In this document: positions 45,063 to 54,931 of the stretch, in pieces
Numbering within the stretch: the stretch's first letter is position 1
How the letters are laid out: the number at the start of each line of letters is the position of its first letter
Assembly: GCA_017962005.1 (NCBI GenBank)
Contig: JAGCWE010000131.1
Span: forward strand, 10,068-74,067
Origin: Paludibacteraceae bacterium
GTDB lineage: Bacteria; Bacteroidota; Bacteroidia; Bacteroidales; Paludibacteraceae
Direction: 5' to 3'
Length of the DNA stretch: 64,000 bases
The notes under the pieces: model-generated
The model's database searches: none
Told to the model about the DNA's origin: nothing
The model's input: only the letters and a program-made list of their open reading frames with translations
Program-made: the position numbers and the translations under genes

Positions 45063-46256
45063 ATGCGTAAAAAATATCTTTTCTTCTTGTTGTGTCTGAC
45101 CCTGTCTGTGTCTGTCTTCGGGCAGGGTGATGAGTTGTCTGTCGCCGAGCGCAATGCGCGGCAGGGTTTCAACGACACTATCGACCGCCTCGCTCCTGAT
45201 TTCGTGTTGGTCAGCCTCTGCATCGCCGACCCGACGGATTGGCGCGAAGATGCGTTAGGTGCATCAGGACATGCGTTCCTGCGTCTCAGGTGCCCGGTTT
45301 TTGGTCTCGATTATTGTTTCAGTTATGAAGGGGAGAATGTGAATGATAATCTGTTTCGCTATTTGAGCGGCAAGACAAAGATGGGAATGTTTGCCGTGCA
45401 TACGGACGAGTATTTGGAGGACTATAGGAAGTGGAACCGTTCGGTGCATGAGTACGCCTTGGCCTTGCCTCCGGAGGTCGAGCAGCGCTTGTGGGAGATA
45501 ATGGACAATCATCTGACGAAAGGTCTGGTTCTCCGCCATGATTTGAACAAGTATGGCTGTGCCATTACTGTGGTTCGTTACATTAAGAAAGCCCTTGGTG
45601 ATGTGCCGGTTGTCTATGCTGCGGACTCTGATTTGGAGGGCATGACGCGTCGTGAGATTGGGTATCGTTCGTTGGCTTCTCATCCTTGGTTGCGTTTGAC
45701 ATCCATGATTTTTACCGACAACCGTGCGGACAGTGAATTGCCGATAGACGAGAAGTTGATTATACCTGCCGATTTGGCACAGGTCTGGCAGCTGGCCACG
45801 GTGCAGAATCAGTCTTTTGCAACCTATGTGGGCGATGTCGTGGAAGGTGCTCCGTTGGACAGTTCGGAACCTTGGTTTACGCCGATGTTGGTGGCTGTTT
45901 TGATTCTGCTTCTGACCATAGGTTTTGCGTTTACCGGATATCCGTATTGGGATTGGTTGTTATTGGGCGTACAGGCTCTTTTCGGCATAGCGTTGGTTGT
46001 GCTGTGGATTGTTATGAAAGAGTTCGGAAGCGCGGCTTGTTTGCTGATGGTGTTGTTCAATCCCTTGCCTCTTGTCTGCTGGCGTTGGCATCGTTATTGG
46101 GCATTGGCGTATGCTCTGTTGCTCGCGGTAGGCATTGTCGTTCTTGCCTGCTGGCCGCACATGTTGGTTGATCCGGCATTCTTGGTGCTCGCTGTGTCTT
46201 ACGTGGTGTTATTGGGTAAGGAGGGCATCAAGTCCCGTCTGAGTGTTCGCCGGTGA
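45063..46256 (+). CDS. DUF4105/Lnb-like membrane protein (periplasmic N-domain plus C-terminal TM bundle)
   Basis: It has a signal peptide (MRKKYLFFLLCLTLSVSVFGQ) and a GHAFLRL motif typical of the DUF4105 (Lnb N-terminal) domain. There are 4-5 C-terminal TM helices. Confidence 0.5.
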   Translation: MRKKYLFFLLCLTLSVSVFGQGDELSVAERNARQGFNDTIDRLAPDFVLVSLCIADPTDWREDALGASGHAFLRLRCPVFGLDYCFSYEGENVNDNLFRYLSGKTKMGMFAVHTDEYLEDYRKWNRSVHEYALALPPEVEQRLWEIMDNHLTKGLVLRHDLNKYGCAITVVRYIKKALGDVPVVYAADSDLEGMTRREIGYRSLASHPWLRLTSMIFTDNRADSELPIDEKLIIPADLAQVWQLATVQNQSFATYVGDVVEGAPLDSSEPWFTPMLVAVLILLLTIGFAFTGYPYWDWLLLGVQALFGIALVVLWIVMKEFGSAACLLMVLFNPLPLVCWRWHRYWALAYALLLAVGIVVLACWPHMLVDPAFLVLAVSYVVLLGKEGIKSRLSVRR

Positions 46257-47419
46257 GTTATCCGCTTCTTCCATATTCGCAGTTGGTGTTCGATTTGCTC
46301 AGGACCAATCCGGACGTGTACTGGACTTGTTTCTGTATGCGGCTGGATAAGAAGAAGGTGGATGTCGGGCGCTTGAAGCGGGCGATGGAACAGGCCATTC
46401 GGAATCATCCTGTTTTCTTTATGCGTGTGGACGGGAGCGGACAGCAGCGGTATGAACCCCGGCCCGATATGCTGCATGGTCAGTATTATTCGGTGGATTT
46501 TGTGGAAGACGGGCAGTTCGTGGATGTGCGTGTGAGAAAGAACCGCATATTGGGCGACGGGCGGAGCGATCGTCTTATTATGGAGGATGTGATGCGAGCG
46601 TATTGCAATTTGCCGCTGGAGCACGATGATTATCTGGATTATTTGCAGCGTGTTGAGCAGGAGAGGCAGTCTCCGCGTTATCAGCGGAACCGGCAATGGC
46701 TGGAATCGGAATATGGGCAGCTGTCTTGTCCTGTTCATCCGGTGACGGACGTACCGGTTGACATGGCGGATATGGAGGAAGAGGGCATGCTGACGGAAGA
46801 TTATAGCCCGATGCGGTCAGACTTGAACCGCTTGGGCGAAGAGCGGCTTGTTACATTGACGGCATTCTTCTCGCTTGCGTCCGCGTTGGCAATGATGGAG
46901 TATAACGACTGCAACGAAGCGGCATTGACGTGGGCGTATGAAGGTCGTGAGCGTCCCGAAGAGCAGCGCATCTTTGGAAGTCTGCACCGCGATATTCCCT
47001 TCCAAATCAAAAATTTGAAATCAGAAAAAATCGTACCCTTTAAGGGTAAAGAAATCAGAAATCAGAAATCGGATTTGATCCGACAGGCTCGTAATCAAAT
47101 CCGCTCCGGCATTGCGCATAGTGGTTATCCGTTTACGCTTGTTTGTCCGCATACGGATATTTGGAACTATGCGTTGAATGTGTTGGAGCAGTCTTCAATG
47201 CAGGCGAAGATGGCGGATGTGCCGTTCCCGTTCGAAGTGTATGAGCTGGAAGATGCGCCGCATGTGGCGTATTCGTTGATGGATGTGGAGATTTATAATG
47301 AAGAGCGGTTGCTGGTCATGTATCGCTATTCCGCTACGCATTACAAGGAATCGTCTGTCCGCCGCTTTGCGGCATTGGTGAGAAAATATGCCGGATGGCT
47401 ATTGGAAGATGAAGGATAA
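46253..47419 (+). CDS. Condensation-domain-fold protein with degenerate catalytic motif
   Basis: The GTG start overlaps the upstream stop (GTGA). The N-terminal half resembles an NRPS C-domain or PapA-type acyltransferase, but the HHxxxDG position reads NRILGDG. It contains a low-complexity insert, FQIKNLKSEKIVPFKGKEIRNQKSD. Confidence 0.4.
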   Translation: MSYPLLPYSQLVFDLLRTNPDVYWTCFCMRLDKKKVDVGRLKRAMEQAIRNHPVFFMRVDGSGQQRYEPRPDMLHGQYYSVDFVEDGQFVDVRVRKNRILGDGRSDRLIMEDVMRAYCNLPLEHDDYLDYLQRVEQERQSPRYQRNRQWLESEYGQLSCPVHPVTDVPVDMADMEEEGMLTEDYSPMRSDLNRLGEERLVTLTAFFSLASALAMMEYNDCNEAALTWAYEGRERPEEQRIFGSLHRDIPFQIKNLKSEKIVPFKGKEIRNQKSDLIRQARNQIRSGIAHSGYPFTLVCPHTDIWNYALNVLEQSSMQAKMADVPFPFEVYELEDAPHVAYSLMDVEIYNEERLLVMYRYSATHYKESSVRRFAALVRKYAGWLLEDEG

Positions 47420-48542
47420 AAGGGATATGGTGGAAATCTTGCGGCAGTTGCTGGCAGCCGATTCAGCCTTGCTGCAGCTTGCTGGGCAGTCGCTGGCGCA
47501 GGCGGCGCGGGCGAATCCGCACCTGCGCACCAATCCCGTGCGCTCGTTGGATGACTGGTTCGCTTATCTGGAGCGTTTCCTGCATCGGATGCCTTGGCAG
47601 ACGATGGATATAGGTGAAGACGCCTCCTTCTTCCGCCGCATAGACCAGAATATAGGCTATTTCTATTTCCTCATCGACCAGCCCCTCGATGCCCTCAGGA
47701 ACTGCGGTTATATCTGGCCTTCGTTGCAATACGAACCGCGCATTGCGGCATGGCTTGTGGACTACAACAAGGCTTGGGGCGAATGGCTGGGTGGTGCGGA
47801 TAGTTGGAATGATGAATATTACCGGTTGGCGCGTACGGACAGCCGCTTTGAATTGGATACCGACCGCTATGAGTCACCCGATAACTGGCACTCATGGAAT
47901 GATTTCTTTGCCCGCAGACTGCGCCTTCCCCCTTTCAATTTTCCACTTTCCACTTTCCACTTTCCGCTTTCCACTTTCCACTTGACCGCTCCTTGCGACG
48001 GTGTACTGATGAACTATCCTGTGAAGACAATGAGTACGGATCATCTGCAGGACTTGTTGGGCGGCAGCCCCTGTGCGGAGAGGTTTGAAGGAGGAGAGGC
48101 GGTGCATATAGTGCTTGATGTCTTCGACTATCATCGTTTCCATGCGCCGTGTGCGGGCAGGGTGGTGGAGCGGAAGATTATACCTGGTATCCATGCCGGC
48201 GGCGGAGTCATTATCTGGGATGAGGCGGAAGGACGCTACCGCTATGAGCAGTGTGGTGCCACGGACTTCCAATCGCTTGAGACCCGCGGAGTGCTGGTGT
48301 TGGATACACCCGGCTTCGGTCACATTGCGCTTGTCGCCGTAGGTGTCCAGCAGGTCAGTTCGGTTGTCTGGTCCTCCAATCTTCAATCTTCAATCATAAA
48401 TCATAAATCCCCAATCCGTCTCTCGCAGGGAGACGAGTTGGGGTCCTTCCTCTTCGGTGGCAGCGATATCGTTCTTCTCTTCGAACCGGGTAAGGCCCCG
48501 CGTATTACCGAGAAATCGGTTAAAGTAGGGGATATCTTATAA
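47409..48542 (+). CDS. Phosphatidylserine-decarboxylase-family (pyruvoyl-dependent) decarboxylase with long N-terminal extension
   Basis: PSD-family blocks are WNDFFARRL ... APCDG ... HRFHAP ... GDELGSFLFGGSDIVLLFE, with GGS at the self-cleavage position. The start is uncertain (47388, 47409 or 47427). Two heptamer tracts lie inside the gene. Confidence 0.7.
   Translation: MKDKRDMVEILRQLLAADSALLQLAGQSLAQAARANPHLRTNPVRSLDDWFAYLERFLHRMPWQTMDIGEDASFFRRIDQNIGYFYFLIDQPLDALRNCGYIWPSLQYEPRIAAWLVDYNKAWGEWLGGADSWNDEYYRLARTDSRFELDTDRYESPDNWHSWNDFFARRLRLPPFNFPLSTFHFPLSTFHLTAPCDGVLMNYPVKTMSTDHLQDLLGGSPCAERFEGGEAVHIVLDVFDYHRFHAPCAGRVVERKIIPGIHAGGGVIIWDEAEGRYRYEQCGATDFQSLETRGVLVLDTPGFGHIALVAVGVQQVSSVVWSSNLQSSIINHKSPIRLSQGDELGSFLFGGSDIVLLFEPGKAPRITEKSVKVGDIL
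47941..47982. repeat. Heptanucleotide tract (TTCCACT)x6, one variant unit, in frame within the decarboxylase gene
   Basis: TTCCACT x3, TTCCGCT, TTCCACT x2 make 42 nt and encode FPLSTFHFPLSTFH. Confidence 0.9.
48375..48416. repeat. Heptanucleotide-period tract (nnCAATC / nnAAATC x6) in frame within the decarboxylase gene
   Basis: TCCAATC TTCAATC TTCAATC ATAAATC ATAAATC CCCAATC, encoding SNLQSSIINHKSPI. Confidence 0.85.
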
Positions 48543-48592
48543 AAAATCGGATAAGTCCGCGATTTTTCTTGCATATATCATATTATTTGTAG

Positions 48593-48600
48593 TACTTTTG
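48593..48600 (+). promoter_or_regulatory. -7 promoter box TACTTTTG
   Basis: It lies 64 nt upstream of the ATG at 48664. Confidence 0.55.
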
Positions 48601-48663
48601 CAGCGAATTTTACGTAACGAACTTTTCGACACGACAAAAGTGTTACTGTAATTGGGTATTATT

Positions 48664-49800
48664 ATGACTATTAAAAACACCATTACAAACCCTTTCTCCA
48701 TATTGTCTTATTTAGGACCTGAATATTTTTGCGACCGTCAAAAGGAAACGCAAGATTTGAGAAATGCGTTGTATAATGGACGGAATGTGACTCTCTCTAG
48801 TCCGCGTAGAATGGGTAAAACTGGGTTGATACAACATCTCTTTCAGCAAATTCCGGCGAAAGAGGCCCACTGCTTTTATGTGGATCTCTATCATACCAAA
48901 AACATGTCAGACTTCACTAAAGCTTTTGCGGAGGCCGTTCTTTCACAGCGTATGACGCCGTTCATAGAGCGTGTCGGTAAAGAGATTATGCAATTCTTTG
49001 GATCTGTACGTCCTGTGTTTACACCTGATCCTATTACCGGTTCGATGCAATGTACGGTGGATATTCAACCGCGGAATGAAGAAATGACATTGCAACAAAT
49101 ATTCGCCTATCTGGAACAATCTAAACAGCGTTGTTATGTGGCTTTTGACGAGTTCCAGGAGATAGCAGATTACTCGGATGGAAAAGCTGAAGCCATATTA
49201 CGTACGTATATTCAACAGCTGAAAAATGTGCAGTTCATTTTTGCCGGAAGCAAAAGGCATATTATGACGCAGATGTTCTTGTCTCCCAAACGTCCATTTT
49301 TTCAAAGCACTCAATTAATGAGCATTGGTGCTATTGATGAAAAGCTTTATTATACCTTTGCTTCCAAACATTTTGAATTACATAATCAGCATATGGATGA
49401 GACAACTTTTCATGAATTATACTCCTTAGTTAACGGACATACATGGTATATGCAGGCGTTGCTGAATAAAATATATCAGAATGGCTCTATGGAAATCTCA
49501 AATGATGATATGCTTCTGGCGCTAAATCAGTGGATCGAGGAAAATACACCTGCATATCATACTTATTGCCGCTTAATCACTGATCGCCAATTTGATGTAA
49601 TGCGCGCGGTGGCAAAAGAAGGAGTTGTAACTGAACCCGGAAGCAGTGCATTCTTGCAGAAATATCACTTGGGTGCATACAGCACGGTGCGAAGCGCTAT
49701 CTTGGCACTTGATGAAAAAGAATTGCTCTATTGCGATACAGATGGTAACTATAGCGTCTATGATCGCTTTTTCGGTTTATGGCTACAGAGACAATACTGA
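48664..49800 (+). CDS. AAA ATPase (archaeal-ATPase / DUF234-type 'ATP-binding protein')
   Basis: Walker A reads SPRRMGKTGL and Walker B is VAFDEFQE. The C-terminal DUF234-like region contains YSVYDRFF. Confidence 0.65.
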   Translation: MTIKNTITNPFSILSYLGPEYFCDRQKETQDLRNALYNGRNVTLSSPRRMGKTGLIQHLFQQIPAKEAHCFYVDLYHTKNMSDFTKAFAEAVLSQRMTPFIERVGKEIMQFFGSVRPVFTPDPITGSMQCTVDIQPRNEEMTLQQIFAYLEQSKQRCYVAFDEFQEIADYSDGKAEAILRTYIQQLKNVQFIFAGSKRHIMTQMFLSPKRPFFQSTQLMSIGAIDEKLYYTFASKHFELHNQHMDETTFHELYSLVNGHTWYMQALLNKIYQNGSMEISNDDMLLALNQWIEENTPAYHTYCRLITDRQFDVMRAVAKEGVVTEPGSSAFLQKYHLGAYSTVRSAILALDEKELLYCDTDGNYSVYDRFFGLWLQRQY

Positions 49801-49820
49801 CCACTGATAACTGACCACTT

Positions 49821-50564
49821 ATGAAACGATATGCATTAGTGACTGGCGCAAGCCGGGGAATAGGAAGAGCCATTGCCGTTGAGTTGGCAAAGGACGGCTG
49901 TTCTATTCTGTTGAATTATAAATCCAATCACGCTGCGGCGGAAGAAACTCTGCGTCTCATTGAAGCAACTGGCGGCGAAGCGGAACTGATGCCCTTTGAT
50001 GTCAGTCAGCCTGATGCCGTCAATGCTGCCTTGGACAAATGGTTTTCAGCCCATCCGGATGAGTATATTGACGTGCTGGTGAACAACGCCGGTATCGTGG
50101 ATGACGAGATTATGCTCCTGATGGAGCCGGAGCAGTGGCATCGTGTCATTGATGTCAACCTCAACGGCTTCTTCTATTGCACCCGCCGCGTGATAGAGGG
50201 CATGGTGGAGAACCATCACGGACGTATCGTCAATATATCTTCTATAGCAGGACAAAAAGGTCATCCGGGGCAAGTAAATTATGCAGCAGCAAAGGCTTCT
50301 CTTATTGGCGCGACAAAAGCATTGGCAACGGAATTGGCGACTAAACAGGTGACAGTCAATGCTGTGTCACCGGGCTTGGTGGAAACGGATATGGCAGAAA
50401 AAGTTGCAGAATATTTACCGGAGCGTATGCGTGATATCAATAGCATCCCCATGCGCCGCCTCGGTAAACCGGAAGAAGTTGCATATCTTGTATCTTTCCT
50501 CTGTAGTAATCGCGCCGACTATATCTCCGGACAAGTAATCGGCATCAATGGTGCCGCATTATAA
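49821..50564 (+). CDS. fabG: 3-oxoacyl-ACP reductase (SDR family)
   Basis: Diagnostic motifs are TGASRGIGRAIA, NNAG, and the S...YAAAK catalytic triad. Confidence 0.85.
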   Translation: MKRYALVTGASRGIGRAIAVELAKDGCSILLNYKSNHAAAEETLRLIEATGGEAELMPFDVSQPDAVNAALDKWFSAHPDEYIDVLVNNAGIVDDEIMLLMEPEQWHRVIDVNLNGFFYCTRRVIEGMVENHHGRIVNISSIAGQKGHPGQVNYAAAKASLIGATKALATELATKQVTVNAVSPGLVETDMAEKVAEYLPERMRDINSIPMRRLGKPEEVAYLVSFLCSNRADYISGQVIGINGAAL

Positions 50565-50566
50565 AA

Positions 50567-50613
50567 GCTGAAAACTGACCACTGGCAACTGAATACTGAA
50601 AACTGACCACTTC
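50567..50613. repeat. Heptanucleotide-period intergenic spacer (ACTGAnn x7)
   Basis: GCTGAAA ACTGACC ACTGGCA ACTGAAT ACTGAAA ACTGACC ACTTCCA, immediately before the KS1 ATG. The related spacer ACTGACCACTGATAACTGACCACTT precedes fabG (49796-49820). Confidence 0.8.
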
Positions 50614-50615
50614 CA

Positions 50616-51836
50616 ATGAAACGCGTAGTAATAACAGGCATGGGCATCTGGTCTTGCATAGGGCAGGATCTGCAGACCGTCACTGAGAGCCTTCGGATGG
50701 GACGCTCAGGAATCGGCGTGCGCCCGGAACGCAGGGCATTGGGCTATCACTCCTTGTTGACGGGCATTGTGCCACGCCCGGATTTGAAACCTTTGTTGAA
50801 TCGTCGTCTGCGCAATACGCTCTCTGAAGAGGCGGAGTACGCATGTATGGCTGTGCGTGAAGCGCTGATGAATGCCTATTTGGATGAAGACTATCGTATG
50901 CAAAATGAGATAGGTGTCGTGTTTGGTAATGACACCTCCAATCAGTCTGTAGTGGATTCGTATGTGACCGCGAAAGAGGCAGGTGATACCTTTATTTTGG
51001 GCTCCGGTATGGCGTTTCAGGCACTCACCGGCAATGTGGCGATGAATATGGCGAATATCTTCCATCTGCGCGGAGCAAATTTTACGACGGCATCTGCATG
51101 CGCTTCCGGCGCACAGGCAATCGCTTTGGCGGCGATGCTCATCCAAACAGGGCAACAAGACATCGTGGTGGCTGGAGGTGCGCAGGAGACCAACGACAAG
51201 TCCATGATTGCTTTTGATGGAGTCAACACCTTGTCCAAGCGCAACGATGACCCGCAGCATGCCTCGCGTCCGTTCTGTAAACAGCGGGACGGACTGGTGC
51301 CGGGCGGAGGCGCGGCCGCGCTTGTCTTGGAGGAATATGAACACGCCGTTGCCCGTGGAGCGCATATCGTGGCGGAGATTGCGGGATATGGATTCTCGCA
51401 GAACCTGACTCCGCTTGGCCAGCCCTCTGCAGAAGGCGAATATGAAGCGATGGTACGCGCCTTGCGGAATGCTGGTCTGAATCCGCAAGATATAGATTAT
51501 GTCAATGCCCATGCCACTTCCACGATGGCAGGAGATATGGCGGAGGCCGAAGCCTTGACACGATTGTTTGGCAGGAAACCGTTTGTGTCCTCCACGAAGT
51601 CGATGACCGGACATGAATGTTGGATGGCGGGGGCGAGCGAGACGGTATACAGTGTTCTTATGATGCAGCATGACTTTATAGCCCTGAATATCAATATCGC
51701 CGAGTTGGACGATGCTGCCAAAGACCTCAGTATCGTTCGTGAGCCTTTGGAGGCAAAGATAAATATCGCTCTCTCCAATTCCTTTGGTTTCGGCGGTACG
51801 AATTTCACTTTGGTTTTTAAAAAGCCCAACGTCTGA
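50616..51836 (+). CDS. Beta-ketoacyl-ACP synthase (KS1), catalytic Cys-His-His intact
   Basis: Active-site Cys in TASACASGAQAI, first His in NAHATST, Lys in SSTKS, second His in TGHECWMAGA. The terminal block is FGFGGTN. Confidence 0.85.
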   Translation: MKRVVITGMGIWSCIGQDLQTVTESLRMGRSGIGVRPERRALGYHSLLTGIVPRPDLKPLLNRRLRNTLSEEAEYACMAVREALMNAYLDEDYRMQNEIGVVFGNDTSNQSVVDSYVTAKEAGDTFILGSGMAFQALTGNVAMNMANIFHLRGANFTTASACASGAQAIALAAMLIQTGQQDIVVAGGAQETNDKSMIAFDGVNTLSKRNDDPQHASRPFCKQRDGLVPGGGAAALVLEEYEHAVARGAHIVAEIAGYGFSQNLTPLGQPSAEGEYEAMVRALRNAGLNPQDIDYVNAHATSTMAGDMAEAEALTRLFGRKPFVSSTKSMTGHECWMAGASETVYSVLMMQHDFIALNINIAELDDAAKDLSIVREPLEAKINIALSNSFGFGGTNFTLVFKKPNV

Positions 51837-51868
51837 CAAAATAGTGGTCAAACCTCTAATATCTATAT

Positions 51869-52132
51869 ATGACAAAGCAAGAGATTATTGAAAAGACGAA
51901 TGCCTTTCTTGTTGAAGAATACGAGAAAGATCCGGCGTTGCTTGCACCAGAAGCGCGTTTCCGCGAAGATTTAGACTTGAACAGTCTGGACTACATGGAT
52001 TTGATGGTCACTGTCAAACGGGTCTTTGGGGTTATGCCTGCTCCGGCAGAGATGAACCTCGTGGTGACATTAGGTGATTTCTACAATTTCATCGAGCGCA
52101 AACTGTCTGAACTGCCCCCATCCAATGAGTGA
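51869..52132 (+). CDS. Acyl carrier protein (ACP1)
   Basis: 87 aa with the phosphopantetheine-site motif DLDLNSLDYMDL. Confidence 0.8.
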   Translation: MTKQEIIEKTNAFLVEEYEKDPALLAPEARFREDLDLNSLDYMDLMVTVKRVFGVMPAPAEMNLVVTLGDFYNFIERKLSELPPSNE

Positions 52133-53579
52133 CAATAACCGACATACAGCCTGTATCATTGGCGGCGGCATGAGTGGTTTGTTTACCGGTGCACTGCTTG
52201 CCAGGAACGGTTATAAAGTGACCGTTCTGGAGAAAAACCACATCATCGGCGGAGGACTGCAATCCTTCCGCCGTGGTGATGCGGTGTTCAATACCGGTAT
52301 GCAATCTTTTGCCGGATATATGCCCAATATGATTAGCCTTCAATTTTGCAAATATTGTAGGGTGGATGATTTACTTGATGTTATGCCGACAGACGAGAAC
52401 CAACAGGAAATAGTATGGGTGGATAATCAGACAAATTATCGTCTTCCCAAAGGACGAGAGGCATACCAATCTTATCTAATCAAAATGTTTCCGCAAGAGG
52501 AAAAGGGAATTGGAGATTTAATGGATGCCGTATTCTACATAGGTCATACGTATGATTACCTGTTTCTTAACCCAATTCGGCGTCATGAGGAAAACATCCC
52601 GTATGCCTATATGAATGCATATGATTTTATTCTGCAATATGTCCATAATGAGCAATTAATCTCTGTTTTTGAATATGTATCTTGGACTACGGGACCCAGT
52701 TTGAAAGCCATGCCTGCGTTAGAGTTCTGTATGATGCTTACATTGTATATAATTGGTTCTCATCGCTTTGTGGGGGGTACAAAACAAATGGTGGATGCAT
52801 TTTGTCATGTGATTGAAAAAACGGGAGGAAAGGTGTATAATGAAACGGAAGTTTGTAAAATAAATGTTGAGAATGGCCGTGTTGTAGAGCTTATTGATAC
52901 AAATGGTAAAAAATGGGGGAGTGATGTTTATGTTTGGGCTTGTACGCCTAAAATTTTATTAGATGCCTGCAATGCGCCTGTATTCAGACTTGCTATGACT
53001 CAAAGAGTCAGAGAGTTTGTCAATCCCTTTACAATGTATATTGTATTTTGTAAACTAAAGCCAAAAAGATTCCCTTTTATCAATAGTGCAGTTTATATGC
53101 CTCGTCCATCGGATAAATCATACCTTCCGCAATCAATAGTCCTTGTGACTTCCCCGCACAGAAATCAAAACCAATGGGCACAGACAGCAGAAATATATAT
53201 ACCGGCTTGTTATGAGGAGTTGGGCAAGTGGGAGAATACAAAAGTACAGGATCGCGGTAGATTCTATGAGGAACATAAGAATCAAGTTGCTCGGAAAGCT
53301 TTGGATATGGTCTCTAATTTCTATCCGGATATAACAGATGCCGTTATGGATATAAACGTAGCGTCAGCTTTAACTATACGGGATTATTATGGTAATCCTC
53401 ATGGCGCTACGTACGGACAGCAGGGATTGTACCTGCCAATAAAAACCAAGGTGGCAAACTTATTCATGACAGGTCAAGCAGTGCAAAATCAAGGAATAGC
53501 TGGTATCGCAACTGCTGCAACACTTACAGCGGAAACTATACTTGGGAAAAGTATAATAGATGAAATAGCAAAAGCATAA
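52125..53579 (+). CDS. FAD-dependent oxidoreductase of the phytoene-desaturase (CrtI-like) family
   Basis: I set the start at MSDNNRH (an 8-nt overlap with ACP1). The dinucleotide fold reads CIIGGGMSGLFTGALLARNGYKVTVLEKN. The TAATG stop/start overlaps KS2. Confidence 0.75.
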   Translation: MSDNNRHTACIIGGGMSGLFTGALLARNGYKVTVLEKNHIIGGGLQSFRRGDAVFNTGMQSFAGYMPNMISLQFCKYCRVDDLLDVMPTDENQQEIVWVDNQTNYRLPKGREAYQSYLIKMFPQEEKGIGDLMDAVFYIGHTYDYLFLNPIRRHEENIPYAYMNAYDFILQYVHNEQLISVFEYVSWTTGPSLKAMPALEFCMMLTLYIIGSHRFVGGTKQMVDAFCHVIEKTGGKVYNETEVCKINVENGRVVELIDTNGKKWGSDVYVWACTPKILLDACNAPVFRLAMTQRVREFVNPFTMYIVFCKLKPKRFPFINSAVYMPRPSDKSYLPQSIVLVTSPHRNQNQWAQTAEIYIPACYEELGKWENTKVQDRGRFYEEHKNQVARKALDMVSNFYPDITDAVMDINVASALTIRDYYGNPHGATYGQQGLYLPIKTKVANLFMTGQAVQNQGIAGIATAATLTAETILGKSIIDEIAKA

Positions 53580-54838
53580 TGAAACGCGTTGTCGTAACAG
53601 GAATGGGAATATGGTCATGTATTGGACAAGACCTGCAAACAGTAACTGAAAGCCTTCAACAAGGGGGGTCGGGAATTGTTTTCGACCCTAAACGTATTGA
53701 ATACGGTCTCCAATCCGGTTTGGTAGGCAATGTGCCTCATCCGGATTTGAAACCTTTGTTGCCCCGTAAATTTCGTGCTACGATGTCTGAAGATGCCGAA
53801 TATGCCTATATGGCTGCCTGTCAGGCATTCGGGCATGCGCATATTCAGAAAGATTATCTGTTGCACAATGATGTGGGTGTTCTATGGGGAAATGACAGCG
53901 GAACTTCCACTGTGGTTGCAGCGATGAATGCCATGAACCAACACCATGATTCGTTTATGATAGGACCTTCTTGCCTGTTCCAAGGTGGAGCGTCAAGTGT
54001 TGTGATGAATCTGAGTACCATTTTCCATTTGCGCGGATGTGGAATAACGACAGCCGCCGGGTGTGCCAGTTCTTCCCATGCAATAGGAATGGCTTTTGTT
54101 TTAATTCAGACCGGTAAGCAAGATGTGATATTGGTAGGTGGCTCCTCAGAACTTCATCCTCTAATGACGGCAACATTCGATGCAACCAATATATTGTCTC
54201 TCCGCAATGAAGAACCGACTCATGCTATGCGCCCGTATGATGCGGAGCGAGACGGTACGGTTTTCAGCGGAGGAGCTGCGGCTTTGGTGCTCGAAGAATA
54301 CGAACATGCCGTAGCACGCGGAGCAACCATACTCGCCGAAGTATGCGGCTATGGATTTTCATCGAATGGTATCGATGAAATCTCCATGCCATCCGCAGAT
54401 GCGGAATATATCGCCATGAAGCGTGCTATCGAAGATGCTGGAATGCAGCCCTCCGATATTGATTATGTCAATGCCCATGCCACTTCCACTATTGCTGGTG
54501 ATGCCGAGGAAGCTAAAGCCCTGACACGCCTGTTTGTGGAAGAGAATCAAATCATAAATCATCAATCTGCAATCATAAATAGGAAACCCTATGTTTCCTC
54601 CACCAAGTCCATAACCGGTCATGAGAACTGGATGGCGGGTGCCAGCGAGGCGGTGTATAGCGTTCTCATGATGCAAAACGGCTTTGTCGCACCCAATATC
54701 AATCTGGGGCACAAAATTGATGAAGCGAAGGATCTCAATATCGTCACAGAAACCGTCTATACCCCCATCAACACCGTCCTGTCCAACTCCTCCGGCATGG
54801 GGGGCACGAATAGCGCGCTTGTGTTTCGAAAAATATAG
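53579..54838 (+). CDS. Beta-ketoacyl-ACP synthase (KS2), carrying a 13-aa low-complexity insert
   Basis: Diagnostic motifs are AAGCASSSHAI, NAHATST and TGHENWMAGA. The insert VEENQIINHQSAIIN lies between LTRLF and RKPYVSSTKS, relative to KS1. Confidence 0.85.
   Translation: MKRVVVTGMGIWSCIGQDLQTVTESLQQGGSGIVFDPKRIEYGLQSGLVGNVPHPDLKPLLPRKFRATMSEDAEYAYMAACQAFGHAHIQKDYLLHNDVGVLWGNDSGTSTVVAAMNAMNQHHDSFMIGPSCLFQGGASSVVMNLSTIFHLRGCGITTAAGCASSSHAIGMAFVLIQTGKQDVILVGGSSELHPLMTATFDATNILSLRNEEPTHAMRPYDAERDGTVFSGGAAALVLEEYEHAVARGATILAEVCGYGFSSNGIDEISMPSADAEYIAMKRAIEDAGMQPSDIDYVNAHATSTIAGDAEEAKALTRLFVEENQIINHQSAIINRKPYVSSTKSITGHENWMAGASEAVYSVLMMQNGFVAPNINLGHKIDEAKDLNIVTETVYTPINTVLSNSSGMGGTNSALVFRKI
54550..54584. 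repeat. Heptanucleotide-period tract (AATCnnn) inside KS2
   Basis: AATC recurs at 54550, 54557, 54564 and 54571. The tract lies in a 92-nt block (54515-54606) identical to 57105-57196 in KS4. Confidence 0.85.
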
Positions 54839-54931
54839 CCCATCTGGAATATATAGAGCATATGGAAAGCAGATTGAATCTAAAAAACAAATCCTAAAAA
54901 ACAATTGACAACGGATAACGTACAAATTTCA

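Noticed and set aside
48664-49800. Treating the DUF234-type AAA ATPase as a functional member of the biosynthetic pathway.
   Set aside because: This family is widespread as a standalone gene in Bacteroidales, and here it has its own promoter box. However, it is separated from fabG by only a 20-nt heptamer spacer, so co-transcription cannot be excluded. I left it unassigned.
52074-52124. The upstream start of the FAD-oxidoreductase ORF given in the track (MISTISSSANCL...).
   Set aside because: That start would overlap ACP1 by 59 nt and add residues before the Rossmann fold. The ATG at 52125 places GGGMSG at the usual distance from the N-terminus.
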